Shown here piece after piece: positions 1 to 8,980 of a stretch of 64,000 nt of DNA. A program made the translations under genes and the position numbers. The DNA is from Candidatus Iainarchaeum sp. GTDB taxonomy: Archaea > Iainarchaeota > Iainarchaeia > Iainarchaeales > UBA10219. The notes beneath the pieces were generated by a model. It was not told the DNA's origin and did no database searches. It worked only from the letters and a program-made list of their open reading frames with translations. The stretch covers positions 256,001 to 320,000 of the forward strand of contig JAGVWE010000002.1 of the NCBI GenBank assembly GCA_018304425.1, given 5' to 3'. The stretch's first letter is position 1. Each line of letters starts with the position of its first letter.

Positions 1-1260
1 CTTGTAGGAAACCCTCAACTTCAAGTCGTGCACGCCCTCGTCAGGCTTCTCGAGGCCCGCCAAGAGCTTGACAAAGGTTGTTTTTCCGATGCCGTTGGGG
101 CCGAGGACGCCGATGACCTCGCCCTCGCGGAGGTCGCCGCCCTCCGTGGAGAGCTTGAAGCCCTTGAACGACTTGTGCAGGGCCGGGAACTCGGCAATGA
201 GCCGCCTCTTCTGCGTGTCATGGGGGGGCCGGACCTCGAACCGCAGTTCCCGGGCGCGGAACCGCAGGTTCTCGTCGGGAATGAAGCCCTGCAGGAACTC
301 GTTGATGCCGTTCTTGCAGGTCTTGGGGTTTGAGACCACGCCATAGGTGCCCTTCTTGCCGAACAAGATGTGCACGTAGTCGGAGAGATAGTCCAGCACC
401 GCGAGGTCGTGTTCGATGACCAGAACGGATTTGTTGTTGGCGGTAAGGCCCTTCAAGACCCGGGCCATCCGCAGGCGCTCCGAAACATCGAGGTAAGAGG
501 AGGGCTCGTCAAAGGCGTAGAGGTCCGCGTCCTTCAACGCGGAAGCCGCGATGGCCACGCGCTGGAGTTCGCCGCCGCTCAACTGGCGGAGCTCGCGGTC
601 CAGCACCTTGGATAGGTTCAGGCTCTCCACGACCGCCTCAAACTGCTTGCGCTCGTCAACTTTTCGGAGGAGGGCTTCGACCTTGCCCTTGACTACTTTT
701 GGCAGGTCGTCCATGTTCTGTGGCTTGTAGGAAAACTTCAGGCCCCGGTCCCTGGCCTGCTTGAAGAATTCCTGGATTTCCTTGCCCCGGAAGTGCTCGA
801 CGAGCTGGTCATAGGAAGCAGGCTTTGAGTAGTCCCCTAGGTTGGGCACCAGCTGGCCGGCCAACGCCCTGAGCACCGTGGTTTTGCCGATGCCGTTCAC
901 GCCGATGAGCCCGACCACGGAACCCGGGCGCGGATAGGGCAGGCGGTAGACGCGAAAGGAGTTCACCCCATACTGGTGGATGGGTTCGTCGAGTTTCGCG
1001 GTCAGGGAAACGATGCTGATGGCGTGGAAGGGGCACTTGATCACGCACAACTGGCAGTCGATGCACAGCGCCTCGGAGATGACGGGTTTTTGCTCGGGCT
1101 CGTGGGCAATGCATTTCTTGTCCATGCGGTTCACGGGGCAAACCCGCTCGCACAGGTAGCCCCCGCAGCCCACGGGATTGCACAAGTCGTAGTCGATGAC
1201 GGCAATGCGAATCTGCTGTTGCTCGGCGCGTTTGGCGGCGGCAAGCGGTTTCTCGGCCAT
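1..1260 (-). CDS. ABCE1/RLI1 ribosome-recycling ATPase (3' end truncated by window edge)
   Basis: Manual translation from ATG at 1260 gives two Fe-S Cys clusters (CNPVGCGGYLCERVCP; CIDCQLCVIKCP), Walker A GVNGIGKT and signature LSGGELQR. Confidence 0.95.
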   Translation of the reverse strand, partial: MAEKPLAAAKRAEQQQIRIAVIDYDLCNPVGCGGYLCERVCPVNRMDKKCIAHEPEQKPVISEALCIDCQLCVIKCPFHAISIVSLTAKLDEPIHQYGVNSFRVYRLPYPRPGSVVGLIGVNGIGKTTVLRALAGQLVPNLGDYSKPASYDQLVEHFRGKEIQEFFKQARDRGLKFSYKPQNMDDLPKVVKGKVEALLRKVDERKQFEAVVESLNLSKVLDRELRQLSGGELQRVAIAASALKDADLYAFDEPSSYLDVSERLRMARVLKGLTANNKSVLVIEHDLAVLDYLSDYVHILFGKKGTYGVVSNPKTCKNGINEFLQGFIPDENLRFRARELRFEVRPPHDTQKRRLIAEFPALHKSFKGFKLSTEGGDLREGEVIGVLGPNGIGKTTFVKLLAGLEKPDEGVHDLKLRVSYK

Positions 1261-1307
1261 ACGCAGTTTGTGCGGCGCAACGCTTTTATAGGAGTTCGCG
1301 CTTAAGT

Positions 1308-1700
1308 ATGCCCGACACGGACCTTAAAATGTCGACGGACGCAAAACTGGTTTCACTGGCCGGAGTCATCTTGTTCGCGGTCGGAAGCATCCTTCCCTGG
1401 GCGAGCATGGGCGCTGGAAAAAACCTGGCGGGTTTCAGCACGCCCGTTTTTCCCCTCGCGGCCCTGTTGACCGCGGCGGCCGTGGCCGGCGTGAACACGG
1501 AGTTCAAGTTCAGCGGCGGCATCTCCTTGGCTGCCTCCGTGCTTTCCCTGGCCGTGGTGTTGTACACGTTTTTCACGGCCAGCAACCTCGTGCAGGCAGC
1601 CAATGGGGTGACGACCAGCACGGAGTACGGGTTGATGATTTCCTTGCTGGGCAGCATCGCGGTCTGCATTTCCGCGGTCATGGGCAAGGACCGCTATTAG
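1308..1700 (+). CDS. Small multi-pass membrane protein
   Basis: About 4 hydrophobic segments, LPW motif after the first helix. Confidence 0.7.
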   Translation: MPDTDLKMSTDAKLVSLAGVILFAVGSILPWASMGAGKNLAGFSTPVFPLAALLTAAAVAGVNTEFKFSGGISLAASVLSLAVVLYTFFTASNLVQAANGVTTSTEYGLMISLLGSIAVCISAVMGKDRY

Positions 1701-1736
1701 CAGCCTTTAAATACTTCTTGGCCAATAAAGCGGTAT

Positions 1737-2777
1737 ATGCGCATCCTCAAGGTGGACCAGCGGAACCACTATTTCGAGGTCATCCCCGAGAACACGGAGG
1801 ACCTGTGGCACCTCGAAAAGGTCATCGAAAAGGGAGACGTCGTCAGCGGCAGCTCCACGCGCAAAATCAAGGGCAAAAGCGAGGGCGAGAAGGCCGAACG
1901 CTTGAACGTCTTCGTCGAGGTGCAGGCCGAGAACGTGGAGTTCCACGAGTTTTCCGGGCAGCTCCGCGTGAACGGCCTGGTCGTGAGCGGCAAGCCCGAG
2001 GAATACGTGGAATTGAAGAGCTTTCACGCCCTGGAAGTGGAGCCAGGCAAGAAAATCGGCGTCAAAAAGCAGGCCCTCAAGCACTGGCAGATTGAAAGAT
2101 TGGAGCAGGCCAAGAAGTCGAGTGCCCGCGAAAAACTGTTGGCGATAGTCCTCGACGACGAGGCCGCGGAGCTGGCCCTGGTCAAGGAAACCGGGTTCGA
2201 CGTGAAAGCCAAGGTCTTCTCCGGAAAGGAAGGAAAGCAGTTCGGCGGTGGAGGCGACCCCAAAAAGTACTTTGAGGAAATCGCGAGGAAGGCGCTGGAC
2301 CTGAAGCCCGAGAAGGTGCTGGTGGCCGGACCCGGCTTCACGAAGGAAGCGTTCAAGAAGTTCCTGGCCGAGAAGCGGTTGAAGCTCGAAGCGGTTTACG
2401 AGTCCACGAACTCCGTGGGGGAAACGGGTTTGAACGAGCTGCTCCGCGAAGGCAAACTCGAAAAAGTCGCCCAAGAAATAGGCTTGACCCGGGAAACAAA
2501 GGCAGTGGAAGAGTTCTTGATGCACGTGGGCAAGAATGATGGCCTCGCCGAATACGGGTTGAAAGAGGTTGGGGCGGCGCTCCAAGCGGGAGCCGTTGAA
2601 CGGCTGCTGGTCGCCGAGGAAACGCTGTTCGGGAACCGCGCCGCCGTCGAGGCCTTGATGGACGCGGCCGACCGCCAACGGGTGGAAGTCAAGGTCATTG
2701 GCTCCCAACACGAGGCCGGACGCAAGCTACAAGGCCTCGGAGGGGTGGCGGCGGTGCTCCGGTACAAGAGGAGATGA
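1737..2777 (+). CDS. pelA: mRNA surveillance protein pelota
   Basis: EDLWHL, LRVNG, VAGPGFTK and C-terminal LGGVAAVLRY motifs; TATA-like TTTAAATA at 1706. Confidence 0.95.
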   Translation: MRILKVDQRNHYFEVIPENTEDLWHLEKVIEKGDVVSGSSTRKIKGKSEGEKAERLNVFVEVQAENVEFHEFSGQLRVNGLVVSGKPEEYVELKSFHALEVEPGKKIGVKKQALKHWQIERLEQAKKSSAREKLLAIVLDDEAAELALVKETGFDVKAKVFSGKEGKQFGGGGDPKKYFEEIARKALDLKPEKVLVAGPGFTKEAFKKFLAEKRLKLEAVYESTNSVGETGLNELLREGKLEKVAQEIGLTRETKAVEEFLMHVGKNDGLAEYGLKEVGAALQAGAVERLLVAEETLFGNRAAVEALMDAADRQRVEVKVIGSQHEAGRKLQGLGGVAAVLRYKRR

Positions 2778-2783
2778 GCCGCC

Positions 2784-3458
2784 ATGAGGCTTCGCAGTCT
2801 GCCGAACTGCATCCCCGAGCACGGGCTCGCGCTGCACGGCACCCTTTATAAGAAAGCGCAAAGAATTCGAAAAACAGGCCTGCAGGGCTTGGGCTATATC
2901 TGCCCGCTCCCCCCTTGGCAGGCGCAGGTCTTCGAGGGCATCGGGCAACGAGAAGCGATCTCCCGGATTATCGGCAGCGTCCTTTTTGCTCAAAAATTTG
3001 GGTCAGGCGAGGAATTGGGGCGACGCAACCTTTCGAGAGGAAATCTCCCCGCGGTCGTCATATTCAGAGGTGCGAAGCCACTTGGTCTCGTCGGCACCGC
3101 GCCCTTGAGCGATTTCCAGCGGCATGCAGTCAGATTCGGTGGCAAGGGATACGACGATGATATGGTCCAACGGAGAAGGAAGCCGCCCTTCAAGAGCTAT
3201 ATCTCCTTCGGCAAGACCCCAGTCGGCTACATCTCGGCCGAACAGGTCGCTGCCATCGCACGTGTCACACCGGCCGAATATCTCCAGCTCAGGCGCAAGG
3301 TCATCAACCGGATACGCCGGATGGGGGTGGCGATGACGCGGCCGCTCCTCCATAACCACCTGGAGTCGGAGGTCCACAGCCTCCTCACGCGCAAGACGCT
3401 GAAGCTCCTCCATGAAGAGAGCCAAAAAGGCGAGGCTAGGCCTAAACCGCTCACTTAA
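2784..3458 (+). CDS. Hypothetical basic orphan protein
   Basis: 224-aa ORF filling the gap after pelota; no recognised motif. Confidence 0.5.
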   Translation: MRLRSLPNCIPEHGLALHGTLYKKAQRIRKTGLQGLGYICPLPPWQAQVFEGIGQREAISRIIGSVLFAQKFGSGEELGRRNLSRGNLPAVVIFRGAKPLGLVGTAPLSDFQRHAVRFGGKGYDDDMVQRRRKPPFKSYISFGKTPVGYISAEQVAAIARVTPAEYLQLRRKVINRIRRMGVAMTRPLLHNHLESEVHSLLTRKTLKLLHEESQKGEARPKPLT

Positions 3459-3741
3459 TCCGGTATTCGAGCCAGTCCACGGCCTTGGCCTCGACCAATT
3501 CCTTGACGCGTTTCTGTTTGTCGGAGAGCTGGGAGGAAGCGGCCTTGAACTCGCAGAACACGATTTTGTCGTCCGCGAAGACCAGGCCGTCGATGGGCGT
3601 GCCGATGAAACGGAACTGCTCTGGCGAATAGGGAAAGTCCTTGGTGAAGGGAATCCATTGCTCGGTCAGCTTCCCGTACTTCACGGACTGGCTGGACTTG
3701 CTGAAAGACAACTCGGCGAGCTCGGACTGCGTGAAATCCAT
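3451..3741 (-). CDS. PD-(D/E)XK endonuclease related to archaeal Holliday junction resolvase
   Basis: YGKLTEQW...FIGTPIDGLVF...FCEFK...SQLSDKQ pattern. Confidence 0.8.
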   Translation of the reverse strand: MDFTQSELAELSFSKSSQSVKYGKLTEQWIPFTKDFPYSPEQFRFIGTPIDGLVFADDKIVFCEFKAASSQLSDKQKRVKELVEAKAVDWLEYRIK

Positions 3742-3760
3742 TCAAGCCACTTAACCGGAC

Positions 3761-4108
3761 TTAGAAATACTTGGTTCCGTCGCCGGTTAGGACGACGAAC
3801 TCGTACTTGGAGGCCTTTTCCTTGAGCGCGGCAATCAACGCCATGTGCTCCTTGCCCGAACCCGAAATCAGGGAAACCGCTATCTCGCCCTCGGGCAGCT
3901 TTTCCTTGATGGTGTCCTTGAGGATTTCAAAGCCCGCCCGGTTGTTGATCAAAATCCACTCGGCTTCCTTGGAGGGCGCGAAGTTCTGCTGGCCCCACTC
4001 GTTGGAAATCAAGAGAATCTTGTCCCACTCGGTTTCCGCAATCAACCGCGCCACGTGGCCCCAGGTGCCCTTGCCGATGCCGAGCACCGCCATCAACGAT
4101 TTACCCAT
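3761..4108 (-). CDS. Hypothetical protein, possible small Rossmann/CARF-like fold
   Basis: GKGTWGHV and SLISGSGKEHMAL motifs. Confidence 0.65.
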   Translation of the reverse strand: MGKSLMAVLGIGKGTWGHVARLIAETEWDKILLISNEWGQQNFAPSKEAEWILINNRAGFEILKDTIKEKLPEGEIAVSLISGSGKEHMALIAALKEKASKYEFVVLTGDGTKYF

Positions 4109-4208
4109 ATTTTATACTATTCAGTATAATACTTAATAAAACGAATCCAAGGACCCCGGTAAACGCTCTCGAAGCCGCACCCCCAAGGCCTCGCCTATAA
4201 GGCCTCGC

Positions 4209-5789
4209 CTACAAGGCTCGGGAGACATAGGGGCCCTCGTTGTGGTAGCCGAGTTGCTTGCGGTAGTAAGCGCGGACGCCGAGACCGGCAAGGACCCCCA
4301 GCTTTTCCATGCCCTGCTCGCGTGCCAGGTCAGCGGCCTTCTCCATGAGGGTGCGACCAAAACCCCGGTGCTGGAACTCGAAGTCGGCCGGCTGGTCCTC
4401 CAAGGGAACGACGTGCGAGTAGACATGGAGTTCGCGCACGAGCCCCGTGGATTTCGAGACTTCCTTTCGGAATGGCCTGAATGGAATGCGGAGGCGCACG
4501 AAACCATAGAGCGCGTCAGTGGCGGGGTCGATGAGGGAAATGAAGTGTTCGCGGCCGCCGCTCGCCTCATAGGCGTGGGTCTCGAAGACCGCCTTCGCTG
4601 GGTTGAGGCGCACCCCTTTCTTGTGCGCGAACAAGCCAGCCTCCCGGCAGCGAATGCACTGGCAGCGGATGCCCTTCGCCCGGCACTCGGCTTCGACGAG
4701 CTGCCGCAGGTTGGTGTTCGAGACCCCCCCCGCAACCAACGTGGAAGGGATATCGCGGTTGACGCGCATGACGCGCACGTATTTGGGGATGAACCGCTTC
4801 ATTTCCGCGATTTCCTCGGCGGCCTGCTCGCTGGACAGGGGCTGGAACTTCCCCTGCTTCCATTGGCGATAGAGCGGGGTGCCGGGAATCACGAGACAGG
4901 GATAGAATTTCAGCATGTCCGGGCGAAAAGAGGAGTCATCGAACAAGCGCTGGAAGTCGGCAAGGTCGCCTTCCCGCGTGGAACCGGGTTGGCCCGGCAT
5001 CCAATGGTAGACCATCTTGAAACAGGTGTCACGCAGCCTTTGCGTGGCCAGGGCCACGTCCTGCACGGAGTGGCCGCGCGCGGTCTTCCGGTAAATGGAT
5101 TCGTCCAGGGTCTGCACGCCGAGCTCCACGCGCGTGGCCCCAAGAGAGAGGAGGCGGTTGATTTCCGTTGACCCACACCAGTCCGGCCGGGTTTCAATCG
5201 TCAAGCCAACGACGCGGTGCCTGGCGGTCTCGCACGCCTTCTTGGCGCGGGCCAGGGAGGGAAGGGTTTTGCCACAGACGCCGTCCAGCATGCGTTTCAC
5301 GGAATACTTTTGCTGGGGCCAGGGCAGCGAGGGAAACGTGCCTCCCTGCACGATGAGCTCGATTTTGTCCGCGTTGTGCCCGATGGCCTCGAATTGGTGG
5401 ATGCGGTTTTCGACGATGGCGTAGGGGTTGTAGTGGAGGCGAATGGCCCGCATCGTGGAAGGCTCGTGGCCCGTGTAACTCTTCGGGGTTTCCACGCCGA
5501 TGCCGCTCGGGCAATAGGTGCAATGGGCAGGGCAGGGCGCGGGCTTGGACATCACCGCGACGACCGCGACGCCCGAGAGGTTGCGCACAGGCTTGATGGA
5601 GAGGAGCCGGCGGACGCGCTCGGAAGGGTGTTTTGCGAACGCCAGCAGGTCGGGGTCGGTGGGAAAGGACTCCAGCTTGAGTTCCGTGCAGAGCCGGGCC
5701 TTGAGGCTGCTCAACTCGTCCTTGGAGTTGACTTCGCCGGAGTCGATGGCCGCGATGACCTTTTGCGCGTAGACTTGCAGGGACGCCAT
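4209..5789 (-). CDS. elp3: Elp3 radical SAM/acetyltransferase (tRNA U34 carboxymethylation)
   Basis: CPAHCTYCP, PKSYTG, ETRPD, RVELGVQ, VRELHVY, QHRGFG. Confidence 0.97.
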   Translation of the reverse strand: MASLQVYAQKVIAAIDSGEVNSKDELSSLKARLCTELKLESFPTDPDLLAFAKHPSERVRRLLSIKPVRNLSGVAVVAVMSKPAPCPAHCTYCPSGIGVETPKSYTGHEPSTMRAIRLHYNPYAIVENRIHQFEAIGHNADKIELIVQGGTFPSLPWPQQKYSVKRMLDGVCGKTLPSLARAKKACETARHRVVGLTIETRPDWCGSTEINRLLSLGATRVELGVQTLDESIYRKTARGHSVQDVALATQRLRDTCFKMVYHWMPGQPGSTREGDLADFQRLFDDSSFRPDMLKFYPCLVIPGTPLYRQWKQGKFQPLSSEQAAEEIAEMKRFIPKYVRVMRVNRDIPSTLVAGGVSNTNLRQLVEAECRAKGIRCQCIRCREAGLFAHKKGVRLNPAKAVFETHAYEASGGREHFISLIDPATDALYGFVRLRIPFRPFRKEVSKSTGLVRELHVYSHVVPLEDQPADFEFQHRGFGRTLMEKAADLAREQGMEKLGVLAGLGVRAYYRKQLGYHNEGPYVSRAL

Positions 5790-5832
5790 GAAAGGAAAGG
5801 GCCTGGGATGGCTTTTAAAGCCTCTGTTGGGC

Positions 5833-6633
5833 TTATGGCAGGAACGGGGCCAGCAACGCGTTCAAGAAGTAGAAAGGCGCCAGGGAATAGGTGTAGAAGG
5901 GGAAGCCATAGCTCGCGGCTTCTAGTTTTCCTTGGAGGGTGGGCCGGACTTCGAGGACGGCGTCAAAGCGGTTGACGGGCTGGCTGGAGACCAGGGAGCG
6001 GACGGAAAACGAGAAGGGCGCGCGGGAGGCAACAACGGGATGCACTGTCAACGTGTAGTCCAGGGTCGAGCGGGGCTTGAGCGAGAGCTGCACGGGCTTG
6101 AACCAGTTCAAGCCCAGGGTGGACTCGACGGAAACCGAGTGCACGGCAATCGAGTCGTTGAGGAGCGAGAGCTTGAAGGAAACCGGCTGGTCTTGGGCGG
6201 TCAAGCGCTTGAGGTTCGCGATGTTGGCCTTCACCAAACCCCTTTCCACTTGGATGAGGGCGTCGAAGACCTCGTTGGAATAGTCTTCGCTGCCGCTCAA
6301 GAGCTTGACGCGGAACGAGTACTCGCCCGGCAAAGCCGTCAAGGGAACGAATATTTTTACCAAAAAGTTTTTGCCAACCAAGCCGGAGTCCTCGGCGCGC
6401 CAGCCGACGGGAAGGAACCTGGGTTCGACGATGGCCTGCTTCCAGGGAACGGATTCCGGGCCCGTGGAACGGGAGACAATGAGTTCCAGGGTTTCCCCGG
6501 CCTGGAGGCTGCCCAGGGCCACGGTTTCCTGGTGCGAGGCCTTGTACTCGACGGGGCTGACCAAGCCGATTTCAGCGGAAACCAGGGCGGACAAGAGGAT
6601 AAACGTGAGCGGAAAAACAAGCTTTTTAAGCAT
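5833..6633 (-). CDS. Secreted/membrane-anchored protein, probably Ig-like folds
   Basis: N-terminal signal peptide, beta-rich body, C-terminal hydrophobic segment. Confidence 0.7.
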   Translation of the reverse strand: MLKKLVFPLTFILLSALVSAEIGLVSPVEYKASHQETVALGSLQAGETLELIVSRSTGPESVPWKQAIVEPRFLPVGWRAEDSGLVGKNFLVKIFVPLTALPGEYSFRVKLLSGSEDYSNEVFDALIQVERGLVKANIANLKRLTAQDQPVSFKLSLLNDSIAVHSVSVESTLGLNWFKPVQLSLKPRSTLDYTLTVHPVVASRAPFSFSVRSLVSSQPVNRFDAVLEVRPTLQGKLEAASYGFPFYTYSLAPFYFLNALLAPFLP

Positions 6634-6676
6634 GGCTTGAACCCATTATATACGCACTAAAGTGGATTAAAAGGTG

Positions 6677-7099
6677 ATGGTTATGCCGACGCGAACCCCG
6701 AGACCGGAGCGGTTTCCCGTCCATCGCGGCAAAGCGATTCCAGGGTGGGGGCCGAAAAAGATTCTGGGCCTGCTAGGGGCACGGGAAAAACCCCACAGGC
6801 TGGTTTTTTCCGGAAACGGGTTCACGTGGGAGGGCAGGGGCTCGCTGGCCCGGCCAACCATTGAACCCTTGTCTTTTTGGGTGGAAGACGGGCGAGGCCG
6901 GACCCACCTTTGCAGCGTGCAGCCGCGCTTCCCAACCGAAGAAGAAGCCAGGCAGGGAAGGAAGGAAGTGATTGGAGGGCAAACATTTTTTGTTTACCCC
7001 TGCAATTTAGCCGTTTCCACGATGATGGGCAAGAGGGAGCGAAGGATTGGATTAGTCCGGTTTGAGGTTGCGACCCCAATGCCAATCCAAGAGGGGTAG
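6677..7099 (+). CDS. Hypothetical orphan protein
   Basis: ORF about 31 nt after TTATATAC; Pro/Arg-rich N-terminus. Confidence 0.5.
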   Translation: MVMPTRTPRPERFPVHRGKAIPGWGPKKILGLLGAREKPHRLVFSGNGFTWEGRGSLARPTIEPLSFWVEDGRGRTHLCSVQPRFPTEEEARQGRKEVIGGQTFFVYPCNLAVSTMMGKRERRIGLVRFEVATPMPIQEG

Positions 7100-7120
7100 C
7101 CCTGCAGTGAAGGTGAATGC

Positions 7121-7729
7121 ATGCACGCCGACGAAAATGATTTCAAGGGCGAGCGCTTCCACATGATTAAAGAACGCCATAAGGGCACTTTCGAGAAGGC
7201 GCTGGGCGAGGGCAAGGTGGATCCCCAGATGAAGAGCCTCTGCCGGTTCGTTGCAGGCACCATGGACTACTTCACGTCCAGTTGTTGTTCGGGGAGAATC
7301 ATGCTCATCGACTTGCCCAAGGGCGAGGACAAGCTGGGCAGCCGGTTCCACCGGAAATGGCACCGCACTGTGGCCTTCAATGAGTTGTGGGTGGGCTTGA
7401 ACGACGAGAGCCAGGGCGAGGTCTGGTTCAAGCAGGAGCCCTTCATCCTCCACATTGGCTGCCCTGACCTGGAACGCGCGCAAAAGGTCTTGCAAGCCAT
7501 GAAGAAGACCGGCCTCAAGCGGGGCGGCATCATGTTTGCGGCCGAAGGCAAGTGGATGCTCGAGTTGATGGGCACGCAGAACCTGGCCGTGCCGGTCAAG
7601 AAGGGGGCGAAGGTCTTGATTGAGCGGGACTACTTGAAGCACCTCCTCCAGCGCGCCAACGAGAAGCTCAAGAAGAACTACGCCTTGCTGAAAAAGTTCG
7701 AGAAAAACTGTAGGAGGCTCCTCGAGTGA
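7121..7729 (+). CDS. taw3: tRNA wyosine methyltransferase Taw3/TYW3
   Basis: YFTSSCCSGRI, KWH and PFILHI motifs. Confidence 0.92.
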   Translation: MHADENDFKGERFHMIKERHKGTFEKALGEGKVDPQMKSLCRFVAGTMDYFTSSCCSGRIMLIDLPKGEDKLGSRFHRKWHRTVAFNELWVGLNDESQGEVWFKQEPFILHIGCPDLERAQKVLQAMKKTGLKRGGIMFAAEGKWMLELMGTQNLAVPVKKGAKVLIERDYLKHLLQRANEKLKKNYALLKKFEKNCRRLLE

Positions 7730-8262
7730 GCGACGTGAAACGCATGTTCGTCGCCGTCAACCTGCCGGCGGAAATCAAGAAAGGCATTCACGAAAAACTG
7801 GTGCAGGCCATCCCGGCCGGCAAGGCCAGGCCAGTGGAAACGGAGAACCTGCATGTGACGCTCAAGTTCCTTGGCTATTTGCACCCCGAGAAACTGGCCG
7901 AAGTCAGGGAAAAGCTGCAGGCGCTGGCGGCCGTGAAAAAGTTCGAAGTCGGACTCGCGGGCATTGGGGAGTTCGGGGGCCGCGTGGTCTGGCTGGGCGT
8001 CTCCAAGGGAGGCGAGGAAATGAAGGCCTTGAGCGACAAACTCGACGAACTCCTGCAGGTGAAGGACGACCGCTTCCACGCCCACGTTACCCTGGCGCGC
8101 AACAAGGAACTGAAGGCACCGGAAGTCAGGGAACTGCTGGCAGCCCTCGAAAAAGAGGGTTGCAGCTGGTCGTTCAAGGCCGAAAGCGTGGACGTCATGG
8201 AATCCGTGCTGTCGGCCAAGGGCCCGAAGTACGCGCTGCAGTTCCGGCAACCGCTTGAATGA
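7726..8262 (+). CDS. thpR: RNA 2',3'-cyclic phosphodiesterase (2H family, LigT-like)
   Basis: Two HxT motifs: NLHVTLKFLG and FHAHVTLAR. Confidence 0.95.
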   Translation: MSDVKRMFVAVNLPAEIKKGIHEKLVQAIPAGKARPVETENLHVTLKFLGYLHPEKLAEVREKLQALAAVKKFEVGLAGIGEFGGRVVWLGVSKGGEEMKALSDKLDELLQVKDDRFHAHVTLARNKELKAPEVRELLAALEKEGCSWSFKAESVDVMESVLSAKGPKYALQFRQPLE

Positions 8263-8309
8263 GAAACGTTTATATATGTGATATCACATAGTTATGTGGG
8301 TGATAGCTT

Positions 8310-8531
8310 TTGAGTAACATCACGTTATCGGTTCCAAACGAAATCCACAAGGAAATGAAGCAGTACTCTGAAGTCCGCTGGAGCGAGGTGGCCCGGAAGG
8401 CCATTACAGAAAAGCTGGACGCGCTGCGACTGGCCGACAGGCTCGCCAAAAAAAGCAAGTTGTCCCAGGAAGACGTCGAGGAGTTCAGCAGGAAAATAAA
8501 GGCATTGGCAACCAAGAGGCTCAGGGAATGA
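8310..8531 (+). CDS. Putative ribbon-helix-helix antitoxin
   Basis: NITLSVP...VRWSEVARKAI; overlaps the start of the PIN gene. Confidence 0.8.
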   Translation: MSNITLSVPNEIHKEMKQYSEVRWSEVARKAITEKLDALRLADRLAKKSKLSQEDVEEFSRKIKALATKRLRE

Positions 8532-8944
8532 ACATTGTCATCGACTCGAATGTTCTCTTCGCCGCCCTTATAAAGGATTCAACCACGCGCAGGCTCATCC
8601 TTGAATTTGACGGCTTCTTCCTCTTCCCCTCCTATATCTTCGACGAAATGGAGAAACACAGAAGCGAGCTCCTGCAAAAGTCCGGGATGACGGCAAAAGA
8701 GTTCGAAACGCTCCTCCAACTCATACTCGCTAAAGTCCTCATCGTGCCAGCCGAGGCGTTCAAGCCCCACGCCAAGGAAGCCCTTAAAATAGTTGGCTCC
8801 ATCGACCCTGACGATTCCGCCTTCTTTGCCTGCGCGCTGGCCTATCCGGGCAGCGTCATTTGGTCGGACGACAAGCGATTGAAAAAGCAGTCCAAAATAG
8901 GTGTCCTCCACACAGTCGAAATTGTCGACCTAATGAGGCGCTGA
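8528..8944 (+). CDS. PIN-domain (VapC-like) ribonuclease toxin
   Basis: IVIDSNVL, DPDD and IWSDDK acidic motifs. Confidence 0.92.
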   Translation: MNIVIDSNVLFAALIKDSTTRRLILEFDGFFLFPSYIFDEMEKHRSELLQKSGMTAKEFETLLQLILAKVLIVPAEAFKPHAKEALKIVGSIDPDDSAFFACALAYPGSVIWSDDKRLKKQSKIGVLHTVEIVDLMRR

Positions 8945-8980
8945 AGCAGGTTAAATTAATATTTGGCAAAGACCTAGGTT

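Noticed and set aside
4187-4220. Short tandem duplication AAGGCCTCGCCTA at the elp3 stop
   Set aside because: Two and a half short units, probably local slippage; no evidence of function.
5500-5540. Elp3 CX3CX2C spacing as a novelty
   Set aside because: This is the standard radical SAM spacing and occurs in other Elp3 homologs.
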